NCBI RefSeq assembly: GCF_009834535.1
Contig: NC_045696.1
Coordinates: 83,392,001 to 83,456,000, forward strand
Direction of reading: 5' to 3'
Origin: Camelus ferus
Taxonomy: Eukaryota
Length of the DNA: 64,000 bases
The notes below the pieces were generated by a model. That model made no database searches. It saw nothing but the letters and a program-made list of their open reading frames with translations, and was not told the DNA's origin. Made by a program: the position numbers and the translations under genes. How positions within the stretch are numbered: the stretch's first letter is position 1; the number at the start of each line of letters is the position of its first letter. Of this stretch, positions 27,046 through 39,035 are shown piece by piece.

Positions 27046-28209
27046 ATAATGAACCAAAATTTTCTATCTTATAGGCAAAGTAACAGAATTTCATTGGTCT
27101 GTTTATGTGTGGAATGGGTAATAACTAAAATGCAAAGTTCTAGAGTGAACTTTGTAAGTTCTTTCTTCAAGAGCTCTTCAGTAAAGCTAGAGACAAAGCT
27201 ACTTTAGAGAACATGGGCAGAGGTGAGAAGGGGGGAAAGAAAAAACCTCAAGTAAAGAAAGAAATATTTACCAAGAAACTGTGCAGCCCGCGTCAGACAT
27301 TCATATTACTTCATTTAATCCTTGGAGTAATCTGGTAAGGGATTCATTTTGTGCATAAGGAGTCTCAAAGAGGGGTACCTGGGATTCTAACCCATGCCCC
27401 TTTTTCTATCCAAAGGTGCTTCCAGGATAGAAACTCTAAAGAGGGAATACTAATAGTAGCAACAAGGACTGTATCAGAGGAATTTTTGAAGTTCACAGGT
27501 CTTAAAATTTAATGCCAGGGATCAATCCATCCCCTAATGTAGTCATAATTCTAATAACATTAAGGGCCTCCTCTAAATAACTGACTTTAGGATAACATGG
27601 CAAAGGGAAGCTTCATTTGGAAAAGCTCTGCATTCCAGCAAGAGATGATGAACAATAAAAGATACATACAAGTGGTCCACAGATCACATGCTAGATTCTT
27701 GAGGGTACCGGCTGGGGCAGATTTGCCAAAAAGCTACTACTCAAGCTTCAGCTTCTGGAATTTTTACTGTGACATTGTACTTAATTTTATACTTGTCAGT
27801 TTGTGTTATTTTCTTTCACAGGAGTCCTCTCAAGATTCTATTAAGTCCTGCCCCTGCAAAATTTAGATATTTTTTTCCCCTCTCTGTCTATCCAAATGCA
27901 GATTCCTGGGTCTCATGCCAGATTTATTAAATCCAAATCTCTAGCAATGAAGCCTAAAATATCTCAATTTTTAATAGGAAACCCCAGGTGTTTTTATATG
28001 AATATTACATTTTGAGAATCAATGTCCTAGAGACATAATATGAATTGCAAAATACTGAGCAATTTGTGTTTATTCATTTCAAAGCCAAGTCTCCATTATT
28101 CACATTACAACCATGTAAATAAGCCCTCAGACCTTCTCTCACTTATACATCATGGTTTGTACTGGTACTTAGACTGAAACATGAATTTGTATGTTGTAGT
28201 GAATTTGTA

Positions 28210-28622
28210 TGTAGCATAGTTTAATATCTCCCCTAACACATGTCCACCCAGAACCTGTGAATGTGACCTGATTTGGAAAAAGGATGAGCTGAGATGATCC
28301 TAGGGTGCCAAAGTGAGCCCTAAACCCAATGACAAGTGTCCTTACGAGACAGAGGAAGAGAAGAGTGAACAGAGAAGAGAGTAAAGCCATGTGAAGACAA
28401 CACAGGCAGAAGACTGGAGTGCGGCAGCCACAAAAATGTCAAGAGCCACCAGAAACTGGAAGAGACCAGGAAAGATTCTCCCCAGAGACTGCAGAGGGGG
28501 TGTGGCCTACTAGCACCTTAATATCAGACTTCAGACTTCCAGGAATGTAAGAGAATACACTTCTGATTTTTAGGCCACCAGGTTCATGGTAATTTGTTAT
28601 GACAGGCTCAGGAACTAATACA
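28210..28622 (+). mobile_element. MaLR solo LTR, MLT1B/C-like
   Basis: cagaacctgtgaatgtgacctgatttggaaa...gccatgtgaagac...ccaccagaaactggaagag...ggtaatttgttatgacag...ctaataca. Confidence 0.88.
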
Positions 28623-29239
28623 TCTGTGCATTCCAGTATTTTATGTCACATACAGTCAGATTATGAAAACTTTTGCTTTTCCCCTTGAATAATTTTCGAT
28701 TTAGTTTGGTTGATACTGTCTTTTCCCTGTAATGATGTTTGCCTCCTGCAGACAGGTCTTTCCACTAACAAGGGCCGTCTGGAAACAGCCTGCTGATTGA
28801 TGCGCACCTAGAAAGAACTTATTCTGGGCCAAGTACAATAAGCACAGGTGCCCGACTTCCCTCTCCAACGTTCCCCTGCAAGATGGTCGGTCCCTCTAAC
28901 TGGCTCTTCTTTTGAGTCCTTGGCACTTGGCAATCCAGTCAAATTCTTCGGGGAGACTGCAGTCAGATCCTGAGTTGCCACTGACATGATAGTGACATTC
29001 AATCTTGCTTTTTTCACTGTGCTCCTGTCGGCCCTTTCAGACTCCATCCAGTATCCTCCATTACAGTCTGACTTAAATTTCTCTATTTAAGTCCTAGATT
29101 TCAATACTGTTGGTTTAAGACTTTGCAGGTATCTAGCATTCTGAGGGAAAATAACTATAAGCTTGAAATGCTGTAACTCACCAAGTCAGCACTGAAGTAG
29201 GAGAAAATAAACATGATCTTGAAGGCAATCAAATACTAC

Positions 29240-30430
29240 TTAAAGGAATAACTTGAGGATGCATTTCAATAAATGAAAAATAGATCCAAGAAAGAAAAAT
29301 GTGAAATATTAGAAAAGATGGTAAACAAAGGAATTATAAACTAGGCCATTAATTCTAAAGATGGTAGGAAATATTTGGTAATTTTATAGATATTATGTAA
29401 CAAAGTAGAGACCATATAAAAAAGTATTAATTTTTTTGTGAAATGACATATAATTATAGTAAAATGAGGATATATAAATATTAATTAACATTAGATGCTA
29501 AACCACCAATGGTTTAAGTACATGTTTAAAGTTTTAAGGGTAATCATGAATAATAAAAATGGGACGAATATCAGAAAGAAGAAAATACAAAATAAAGAAA
29601 ACCCAATTTAAAAACAGCAGGAATAGATAGAGGAATCAAGCAGGAATAATAAAGACAGCAACTGAAAAACAAAGTAATAAGATACTACAAATCAAAAGGA
29701 AATAGATTAATAAATCCAGCTATGTACTAGTTATAGAAGATACAGGTGAAACACAGTCATAGAAAGTTTGAAATAAAGGGATAGAAAATACACATCAAAC
29801 AAATGTGTAAAGCGGGACAAAGTGGATAAATAGCAATATTAATATTAATCAAAATTAAATTCAAGAACAAAGAGGGATATTTGATGATTATATAATCCAC
29901 CCCAAATATATGTCATTAACCTTTATACACCAAATAAAATAGTCTTGAAATATATCAACCAAAATGAGGAATACAAGAAGGATTTGGCAAATCCATAAGA
30001 CAGGGATTTTATCCCACATCCATTTGATCAAGGACAAAAACTATGTGATAACCTAACAAATGTGATCAAACATGCACACAGACATAGATACACATACACA
30101 CACACATACACATTCTTCTGAAGTCAAAACACATAACAGGCACAAAATATTTACCAAAATTCACTACGTATTTAGCTATAAAAATAACAAATAATTCCAA
30201 ACGTAAAAAAATAGTTCTAACCTTAAAGGTCAATGCAACAAAACTAGGAATTTATTTTTAAAAAAAAGCTTCCCTAACAGGGCTGTTTACTCAAAAGAAA
30301 CCAAATAATAATGAATAAATTATAATCAATTTTAAAGTAAAGAGAATGATAGTATTATGGGATGCAACCAAAATTATATTCACAGGAAAATGTACAGACT
30401 TAAGTGCATTTATTAGGTGAAATAAAGATT
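29240..30430 (+). mobile_element. Ancient A-rich L1 (L1M-type) internal fragment, 5' ORF2 region
   Basis: Strongly A-rich; ataaatccagctatgtac, caaagagggatatttgatg and tatgggatgcaaccaaaattatattcacaggaaaatgtacag resemble decayed L1 ORF2. Confidence 0.65.
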
Positions 30431-30579
30431 CTTAGTGTCTTGTGTAAATTGAGACTTAACTTCACAATATATAAGATGAATATTTGAATGAATGGATAAT
30501 TAATTAAATATTGAATACCCTAACCAGACCTCTTGTCCATAGTCCTATCAAAGACTAAAAGAGCACCAAAAGCACTAAG

Positions 30580-30750
30580 AGCACTAAAAAACCTTGATTC
30601 TAGACCTGACTCCTACTAATAACTTGTTGTATGACCTTGAATGTGTTACCTTTTATGTATCTCAGATTCCATATCTGTAAAACAAAGGTGTTGAAATAGA
30701 TCATCTGTAAGGTCTTTTTTCAAACGTAAATACCTATACTTCATAATGCT
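30580..30750 (+). mobile_element. MIR SINE
   Basis: ttgtatgaccttgaatgtgttac...ctcagattccatatctgtaaaacaaagg. Confidence 0.75.
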
Positions 30751-32589
30751 GTTCTCAGCATTATTATTAATGCTTAATTAAAATGTGTAGAATATTGCCT
30801 GGCTTGTCACTGGAGTCCTCTAACAGTGGGTATGAATGTGAAAATGTGTATATATATGTTTGCTTCTGACATGGATCAGTGAAGAGATTTAAGGCTTCGT
30901 TTGTCAGAAGGCTAATCACAGGTTAAACTGAAAAATAAATGGCATTTTTTAATTCCTGTGGCTCAAAATATCACTGTGATCTGAGAGAGATCTAAACTTC
31001 AAGATTAAGAAACATTCCCTTTAGGACCCATTCAATTATCTAAAGCTGCCCAAACGTATTTGCTGTCAACAGGATGAAGTCATTCAAATGCATTTCCAGT
31101 GCTGATCACACCCCTTTCCTACTTTTCAATCGGACTAGGTAATACGGTTTTCCAAGTCATGATCTCTCTCTAATCTAACTAGATTGCTCATTAAGAAGCC
31201 ACCTGGGTTACTTCAACACATTTTTCTTCAGCTCGCGTTAGTCATGGAATATAGCAGTGTTTTTCCCCCAACAGGGAGTAACTGCCTCCCCGTGACTTTC
31301 AACCCCTCTAGCTCTTTCCAGTGCAAGCTGGCTCTGGGTAACACACACATCTGTTCCATGGCCCAAATCAGCTTCCTCCTTCCTTATGAGGACCATGCAA
31401 TTCACCTTTGTCCTGATTTCTGTGTATTCTCAGCTTCTATCTCACATCCTCCTTGGCATCACTACCACTTTGTCTTTTCTTTCTTCCTCAGAAAGAGGAA
31501 AAGGTGGGACCTGGGGAGAATCAAAATGCTTTCTTGGAAATTACTGTGGTAGAGAGATCCTGGAAAATAGGAGTTACTGCAGTCACAAATACCAGAAATA
31601 CCTTCTGCATTAAAAATGTGGGATTTCTTGGACACTTTTATGGCCATAACATTTGTATTAACCATTTACATTTTACATTAAACAAAACAAAATAGGTAAA
31701 ATCAACTTAAAATTTTACTTCATTATGGCCATTACTAATTCTATCAAACCAAATGAGTTTATTTGCATTAGATATATTTGTCAGTCAAATGTAATTATGT
31801 AATTTTTTTCAAAAGAGTCATTAAGCACAAATAAAAAATTCACCCCATCCAAATCAAATGTTACTAGATATTTTGAAGATGTAGAACATTTTTAGGAAGA
31901 AATATTTTGGTAAGGTGTAGAGAATGTTGAATCACCATTTCCTTTTAGTTTGCTAATAATAGAGTAATTATCTTAGGGTGGGTAATTAAACTAGTGCTAT
32001 TAACATACCTAGCACTGGTATTCACTGACTACTTAGTAATATCAAGAAAACAATAAAAGTCATGCCACAAAAGCAGAAAAGTCATTAGGCTGTATTAGAA
32101 AAACACTTTTAAATGTTATTTTTAAAATCAAATCTAAATTAGCTTTGCAAGGATGAACAAATATAGGTTAATGCTACTGGGTATATTTTACTATAGATAG
32201 GATATTCAAGAATATGTCAGCTACTACTCTATATGTTGAAGACAGTATTTCTGGCAGTTTCACTCTATCTGATTTATTCATTCAGCAAATATTTATTGAC
32301 TGGCTTTTTGACTGTGTTAAGAATTACACTAGGCCAGTGGATTTAAAAGTCTTTTAGCAGTGAAACCACTACTACAGATCAAAATATACAACACACAAAA
32401 CTGGAGCTACTCTAACTCTAAAGCCAGGACACCCAGACCCAGAAGAACATTGGAAGAAACCCTTAAGGCTTCAGGGAACAGAGTTTATAAACCAATGAAC
32501 TTGGTATATAAAGTCAAAAAGGATCTGATCTCTGTCTTTCAGGAACCACCTAATAAATATAATAATAATAATAACACAATCCACTAATT

Positions 32590-33200
32590 TACACATTTAT
32601 TCATCCAACTACTGTAAGTGTCTACTATAAGTCAAGCATTGTTCTAGATCTGAAGATTTGGCAATAAATAGAAAGTCCTGACAAAGTCATGACTTTTCCA
32701 TTGCAGTGAATGAGAGGCCAAAAACAAGAAATGATTAAGCCAAGAAATGATAATTGTGATGAAGAAAATTAAAGGTCAAAGGGAAATAAAGTGAAGTGGG
32801 TTCTACTTTAAATTGCTTGAGTGACCTTTGAGCAATGGCTTGTGTGGAACCATATGGACATTAGTGGGAAGAACAACCCAGGTGGAGGAAATAGCAGGCG
32901 GAAGGTTTTGAGGCAGGAGTCGACATGCCATGGTCAAGGAAGAGCAAGGATGTACATGAAGGTGGAGGGAGGGAACAAAGGAAGAGTGGTAAGAAATCAG
33001 ATCAGAAAGAGAGCCAATGGCTGGATCCTGCAGGGTTGTAAAGGCAACGGTAAGTACAGGTATCCTTCACTTTCCAAACTGTCTCTCTCTCTCAAATGAG
33101 ACTGGTTATATTTAGACAGCAAGTGGTAATAATAGTTCACATTTTATGCTAAATATGATGGGAAGCCATAAGAATGTTGAGAGGAGGAAAATCACGTATC
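32590..33200 (-). mobile_element. L2 LINE 3' part
   Basis: ttattcatccaac...gtctactataagtcaagcattgttctag...ccaggtggaggaaatagcaggcggaagg. Confidence 0.75.
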
Positions 33201-33723
33201 TGATGTACCAAACACTTTCTGAGATTATCGAAGACAAGGCTCTAAACAGCCCTAAGTAGCCCTATTTGATCCCCATTTTATAAATATAGATAAAAGTAAG
33301 AGTAATTTGCCAGAAACACAAAGCTGTCAAGAGTTGGACTAAGGGTTCAAACCCAGAGTCCAAACCCTGAACCACTCTACCCAATTTAGGACAACTTAAC
33401 TGTTAAAAGTACTAGGCTAAATGTACATACACAGTTCACAGGGAGGAAAAAGTGCTCAGAGGCCCTTGAGATTTCAGGTAGAAATGCTTCCTAAGGTAGT
33501 TGCCATTTTATGTCAGCCGTAGAGGATGAGTAGGAATCCCTCAGGAAGAAAAAAAAGAAAAGGGCATTTTGAATAGAGGAGGCAGTGTGAATGAAGTCTT
33601 GGAAATGTGAAACAGCATGATGCATTTGAGAATTACCTCATCTGTGTGGTCTGAGCATGGCTTCTACAGCAGGGGCATGGAGAGGGATGATGCAAGAATA
33701 GGCTCGCTCTGGAGGGCCCATCA

Positions 33724-33977
33724 TGCTGGGATACGAAGTTTGGATGGAACTGCAAAAACTGGAAGCCACTGAAGGGTTTTAAGAAAGATACCATCATGAA
33801 CAGACACATTTTTTAGAAAGATCACTCACTCTGACCTGAAGAAATCCACCTACACTATGGTCAGGTTAGAGTGTGAGTGACCGTTCTAAAAAATGTACAG
33901 GTCGTGATACTACTTTTCTTAAAACCCTTCAGTGGCTTCCATTTTTTGCAGTTCCATCCAAACATCATATCACAGTA
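33724..33977. repeat. Long inverted repeat: ~116 bp arms with a 21 nt spacer
   Basis: 33738-33786 is the reverse complement of 33915-33963 at 48/49 nt. Inner arms 33787-33839 / 33861-33914 match at about 75%. Spacer is 33840-33860. Confidence 0.97.
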
Positions 33978-34099
33978 CTTAACTGCAGAAGAAATAGCCA
34001 CTGAAGGTTATTACAACAGGTCACTGAGAAATGAACCTGAACACACAGTAGGAGATGGGGAAATGCTGTAGAATGAAAAAAGCTTGCTTACTAATTGGT

Positions 34100-34270
34100 C
34101 ATTGTTAGAGAAATGCAGAAAGCAAGAGCGACCCTGGGCAGGCCATTCAGTCACTTTGTAACTCAATTTCTCATGTATACAATGGCAATAATAATAGCAC
34201 TTATCTCGTAGCATCATGTGAGAATTAAATTAATAAAGACTACAATTTATTTAGTGGCTACCATGTTTTG
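34100..34270 (+). mobile_element. MIR SINE
   Basis: gcgaccctgggcaggccattc...ctcaatttctcatgtatacaatggcaataataatagcacttatctcgtag. Confidence 0.75.
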
Positions 34271-35259
34271 GACTACGCCTGGTACATGTGTTATCGTGGG
34301 TGACTGCCTGGATGGTGGTGTCAATATCAAGAAAAGAATCACCAGGGGAGAAGTCACTGTGCGGGGGAAGGGAAAGGGTAAGTCTACTGTCAGACAAGAT
34401 GAATCTGGGGAGCCTGGGGGACCCCCCCCCGGAGATATTCAATAGGTAGCAGGATGACACTACATGGGTGGGGAGCTCACAAGTGATATCCAGCCGGAGA
34501 TTCAGATCCAAGAGGCTGGGACACAAGGAGAGCAGTGAGAGAACGTGCAGTGTGAGGAGAAACGACGGCCAACACAAAGCCCTGTGGACCACCATCCCCG
34601 CCGTATGGGCATAAGAGGCTGACAAGGAATGGCCAGAAAAGTAGGGGAATAACTAGGAGAGAAACAAGTCCCAGAAACTACGAGAGCAGGGAGTTTCAAG
34701 TAGAAGGGAGTGTCCAGAGTGTAAATCCCAGAAACAGATCAAGTTCAATGAGATCTGGTGATCAGGAGTGGAAGCATAATTCAGGGATGTTGAAGAGCAC
34801 ACAGAGGCTCAGGAAGTAAAGGCAGCCATGGGAAAGAGAAAGAGAAGGCCCGGAAAGGGAAAGAGTCAAATAAGGTGGTATCTTAGGTGGGTCATGGTGT
34901 TGAGGAATGGTTCTGTAAGACTCAAAAGACTTGAGCAAGTTATAGGCAGCAGAGAACAAGCCAGCAAAGTGACAGTGTGAAAAATGCAAGCAAAGAAGAG
35001 AGAAAAAATCTCTGGCACTCGTTCTCGGTCCCAGAGGAGACGGGAAATGCTGGGATCAAGAAGAGACATGGAAGGTGAATCTTGAAAGGGAGAAGGAACA
35101 TGTTTTCCTGAGGCTGGGTGTAATTTTTAAAAGCCACAAGCATTAACCATAATATTTACTTCCCCAGAGAAAATCCTAGACACGTGCTGATTTTATTACT
35201 TGCCATGTTGCGGTAACACCTGTATAGGGTGAGCTAAGGAAAGACAGGAGAAAGAGAAA

Positions 35260-35650
35260 AGGGCTTTGCAGTCAGTTAGATACAAAATTGCATGTGCTCC
35301 TCTCTATTTGCTTGTTTTGAATCCTTAAATAGATTACACAAGCCTCAGTTTCTTCCTCTATAAAACAGAGATAATGATACCTGACTTAGTTTTGTGTGTT
35401 GTGTCAGTTACTGCCAATATAAGGAGAGTATCTATCACCGTGAAAAAAAAATGTGACAATGAATATATGTATGTTCATCTATAACTGAAAAATTGTGCAC
35501 TACACTAGAATTTGACACATTGTAAACTGACTATAACTCAATAAAAAAGTAAAAAAAAAAATAAAGACAATTTCTAAAAATTAAAGAAAAAGGAGAGTGT
35601 CTAGACTTAACACATGGTGGGCACAAGAAATAAATGGTGCTTAATATCAC
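35260..35650 (+). mobile_element. MIR SINE split by a young L1 tail
   Basis: agcctcagtttcttcctctataaaacagagataatgatacc; continues gacttaacacatggtgggcac after the insertion. Confidence 0.75.
35435..35589 (+). mobile_element. Young L1 3' end, camelid-like, with A-rich tail and 14 bp TSD
   Basis: gtgacaatgaatatatgtatgttc...ttgtaaactgactataactcaataaaaaa; TSD aaggagagtatcta (35421-35434) / aaggagagtgtcta (35590-35603). Confidence 0.88.
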
Positions 35651-35742
35651 TTAAACCATCATGATAACCCTATGAACTAAGCACACATGGGGAACCAAGG
35701 CACAAGGCAGTAAAATGACCTGTCTGCGGTCATTTGGTTGAA

Positions 35743-35994
35743 CAATGTTTCTCAACCTCTTTTTCATTATAACCCTCTAAAAAGCTTACTTAGACTTTTT
35801 CCTCCCTGACTAGGCCAGCCTCACCCTTATGGAATTTTAGCATCACAGATATACTGTATATCTCTTTATGTTGTTCAGTAGGATTGACCTTTCGTGGGTC
35901 ATAATCCATGATAGTATCTAAAATGTCTTTTGCCCACCGTGGACCAGTTTTTGTTCTCTTGAAAACCATGTTGCCCTCACTTGAGAACGCATGG
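35743..35994. mobile_element. Non-autonomous hAT-Charlie element, MER112/113-like
   Basis: Imperfect TIRs caatgtttctcaa...ttgagaacgcatg; internal cacagatatactgtatatct. Confidence 0.65.
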
Positions 35995-36052
35995 TTAAGA
36001 ACCACACATTTTTAGCACTGCACCACTTATTTTAATCAATCTGTAGATGAAA

Positions 36053-36251
36053 GTAGGGTTTTTCAATCTCAGCACTATTGACCTTTTACGCCAACAATTC
36101 TTTATTGTGGGGAACTTGTCCTGTGCATCGTAGGATGTTGAACAGCATCCCTGGCCTTGACTACAGGCCAGTAGCAACCCCCCTCCAGACACTGCCAAAT
36201 GTCCTCTTTGGGAGTATGGGGAGCAAACTTTTCCCTGGTTGACGATTTCTG
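36053..36251 (-). mobile_element. MER20 hAT-Charlie DNA transposon
   Basis: ctcagcactattgac...tgtcctgtgcatcgtaggatgttgaacagcatccctggcc...ccagacactgccaaatgtcc. Confidence 0.85.
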
Positions 36252-36789
36252 GGTTTAAAAAATGCACATAAGGAGATTAAATTATTTTTCAAAGGAAATA
36301 AGAAAATAAGAAAACTCTCTACTATAAACTAGTGGTTTTCCATTTTCAAAAATGTCCTTAAAAGAACAGTATACAGTTTATAGCAAACATTACAGAGCAA
36401 TGATTTATCTTAGCAAATTATTTTCTAAAAAGCTTATTATCTTTAATTTTTTAATTCAGCACAAATTGATCACCTTCTCTCTCTCATAAACTGTATTCTG
36501 ATACCTGACCTGGCTTCTATTAAAAAGTTTCTATAATATGTAATTTTGAATGTTTTTACCACAGTTTTCCAACTATATTTGTCTTTAAAATCATCTGTGT
36601 AAAATTTCCAGGACTTAAATAGACTTAAATACTAAAATTAGATGTTTAACTCAGAGGGAAAATATACGAAAACAATGAGAATATATAGTGGGAATAATAT
36701 GTAAGAAAACAAGTCTAGGAAGAAACTTGATGACTATTCTTTACTATGAATTATGTTAAAAATATTTTTATCATGTTTTCTAATTATAT

Positions 36790-36950
36790 ATAGTTCTGCA
36801 GGTAGCTATTATCATGTCCATTTCACAGGTGGGAAAATCAGTTTAGAAGTACTAAAAGAAATTGTCTAGGACCTGTCACACAGCAAGCAGCAGGATCTGG
36901 ATTAAATTCAGCCTTATCCAGCTCCAAAGTATCTGCTCAGTGCATTCCAG
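36790..36950 (-). mobile_element. MIR SINE fragment
   Basis: aggtagctattatcatgtccatttcacaggtgggaaaatcag...gtcacacagcaagc. Confidence 0.7.
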
Positions 36951-38108
36951 GCTTTTAGATTCAGTTTTCCTCTCAAATAAAAGTCTTTTATTTTTCTTGA
37001 CTCTAATAAATTTCACAGGAGATGATGGGAAAGAATTTTATCTTACTTGTAAAGGATGTTTTGAAAAGCTGAGGCTTCCTTTCAACATGACTTTATTGAT
37101 GCTTTAGGTGGATCAGTCTTATGTTAAAGCTACTGAAGCAAGAAAAAGGCAAAGATTAACCTTATATCCATCAGCAATGAATCCAGGACAGATTTTGTAA
37201 CTTTTGATGTTTTAATACTAAAGCAAAACCAGGGCTATGTTTTTTACATAAGAACTACAAGCCCAAAGAACCTTCAAAATCATCACTCTGATGCAGATTT
37301 CATTTAAGCTATAAACAAACAGGCATCACGTGGTGGCTACACGCCCAGGCTTGTGACACGTTTAGGTCCATTCTCTGTTCTTCAGCACTGAATGGCATGA
37401 TACTGACCAACAGCATTCTCTTGTTGAACCTCAAGTGAAGGAAACAGACCGCCAAACACAAAGGCCCCTAGAAGCTGAGTGGAGCTTGAGGAAAAACTGG
37501 AAAATCAGATCCTTTTTTACAAGAGAGGTCAATGTAATGCTTGCTTTAAACAGAGCTGAAGGCTTGGATCTTAGGGCTGAATGTGAGCAGAGATCTCTGA
37601 ATTATCTAGAAGGTCTCTTCCAAGTTTCGTATTCTGTGATTTGAGATGTTTGCCCTTAAGAAGCTTATGTTTTAATCAAAGATTTTTGACATACATTATA
37701 TTAGATTAAAGGTAGCATTTACTTTTAAGTCTGAATTGTATGGTATTAACTATATGATTTAAAAATCGTACTACTCAAAATATTGTGGCTCCTGGGATCT
37801 AAAGTCTTGTTAGAAATATCCCATCAAAAGTGGCTAAACCAGAATCTGCAGGGTAACAAGATACCCAGGTGATTCTAATAGACATTCAAGCTTGAGATGC
37901 CAGGTCAAAAACAGTGTTTCTCCAAGGCCTGGACCATCGTCAGAACCTCCATCTCATCTGAAGATGGAGCCAGGAATCATCATGGTTAATCAGCAGTCCA
38001 AGGGATATTTATCTCCAATAAAATTTGAGAGCCACCATTCAACGTACTTCAGAGTTAAATCTTGGCGAGTTAGATCAAATAAAGGAGGCAGAAAAGGCAA
38101 TGAGGTTT

Positions 38109-38159
38109 GTTTGTTTCATTTTTTAATTGAAGTACAGTTGATTTACAATGTTGTGTCAG
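38109..38159 (-). mobile_element. ~50 bp L1 3' tail insertion
   Basis: ttttttaattgaagtacagttgatttacaatgttgtgtca; degenerate TSD ggcaatgaggttt (38096-38108) / ggctatgagtttt (38160-38172). Confidence 0.8.
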
Positions 38160-38704
38160 GGCTATGAGTTTTAAAACAGAACACTGAATACTGGAATATC
38201 GTTTTCAAAGTTCAAGAGAGCTGGGGCAAATTAGAGCTCATTATCAACAACAAACAATTAAGCAGAGGTTAGCTTCAGGGGAAGAAGGTTGCCTGGATCA
38301 CTTGGATGCAGGTTTTTTTCCCCAGAAGGTAACAAAAAGGGCTCCAAGGGGAGCTACAAAAGACAGCTTTTCAACATGAGACCTGGGAGATAGGGCCACT
38401 GAAGGAAACTTTCCAGTGACCAGAGTTATATTTATCTCCCTGCCTAAGGCACTCACCAATTACGTGCACTCTAAATGCAATTTGGCCTCCCTGCTAAAAA
38501 AGAAGGCACAAGGGTCCAGGAATGCCTTTCTAGGCCCTGCTGTATGAGGAAGCAGCAAGTTCTTAGAAACACTTGTGAGCAACCACCCACAAAGTAGGAA
38601 AGAAAAAGATTCTAGGAACATGATAATGGAATTAAAACTAGTACCAAAGTTCTGGAGAGTGGAAAACTACGACAAAGAAGGGAGAAAGAAATTCTACATG
38701 CCTG

Positions 38705-39035
38705 TAACTCACAGTGTGGTCCGTGAACCAGCAGCGTCTGCTTCCTCCAGGAGCTTGTTAAGAATGCAAGCTCTTAGGCTCTCTCTTAAAGACTCCCACC
38801 TGAGGAGGCAGCCGCAGCTTAACAAGATGCCCAGGTGATCTGAATTCACACTGAGGTTTGAGAAGCACTAGCTCCAGCAGTCTTTCCCAGTGCTGGCTGC
38901 ACATTAAGATCACCTGGGAAGCTTTTTAAACTTTGGATGCCCCAGATTTTCACTTCAGAATCTCTGGGAATGGATCCCAGACATTGGAAGTTTTTTAAAG
39001 CTCTCCCTGTACAGCCAAGGTTGAAGACCACTGCT
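38705..39035. mobile_element. Two adjacent MER5-family MITEs (about 38705-38870 and 38876-39035)
   Basis: gtgtggtccgtgaaccagcagc...gagcttgttaagaatgca...aggtttgagaagcact, then ggctgcacattaagatcacctggg...cagccaaggttgaagaccactg. Confidence 0.82.

Larger units (their letters stand above)
33420..35100 (-). mobile_element. L2 LINE interrupted by a fold-back duplication (33861-33977) and a MIR (about 34100-34270)
   Basis: ggaagccactgaagggttttaag...ttttagaaagatcact; resumes ggatggtggtgtcaatatc...gagagcagggagtttcaag. Confidence 0.75.

Noticed and set aside
30551..30590. Short imperfect repeats (aagagcacc/aaaagcact/aagagcact)
   Set aside because: Slippage-type micro-duplication with no spacers; not CRISPR-like.
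33724..33977. Calling the hairpin a known miRNA gene (mir-616, mir-28, mir-151)
   Set aside because: Stem length, loop geometry and genomic context do not fit; the similarity is explained by shared L2 ancestry.
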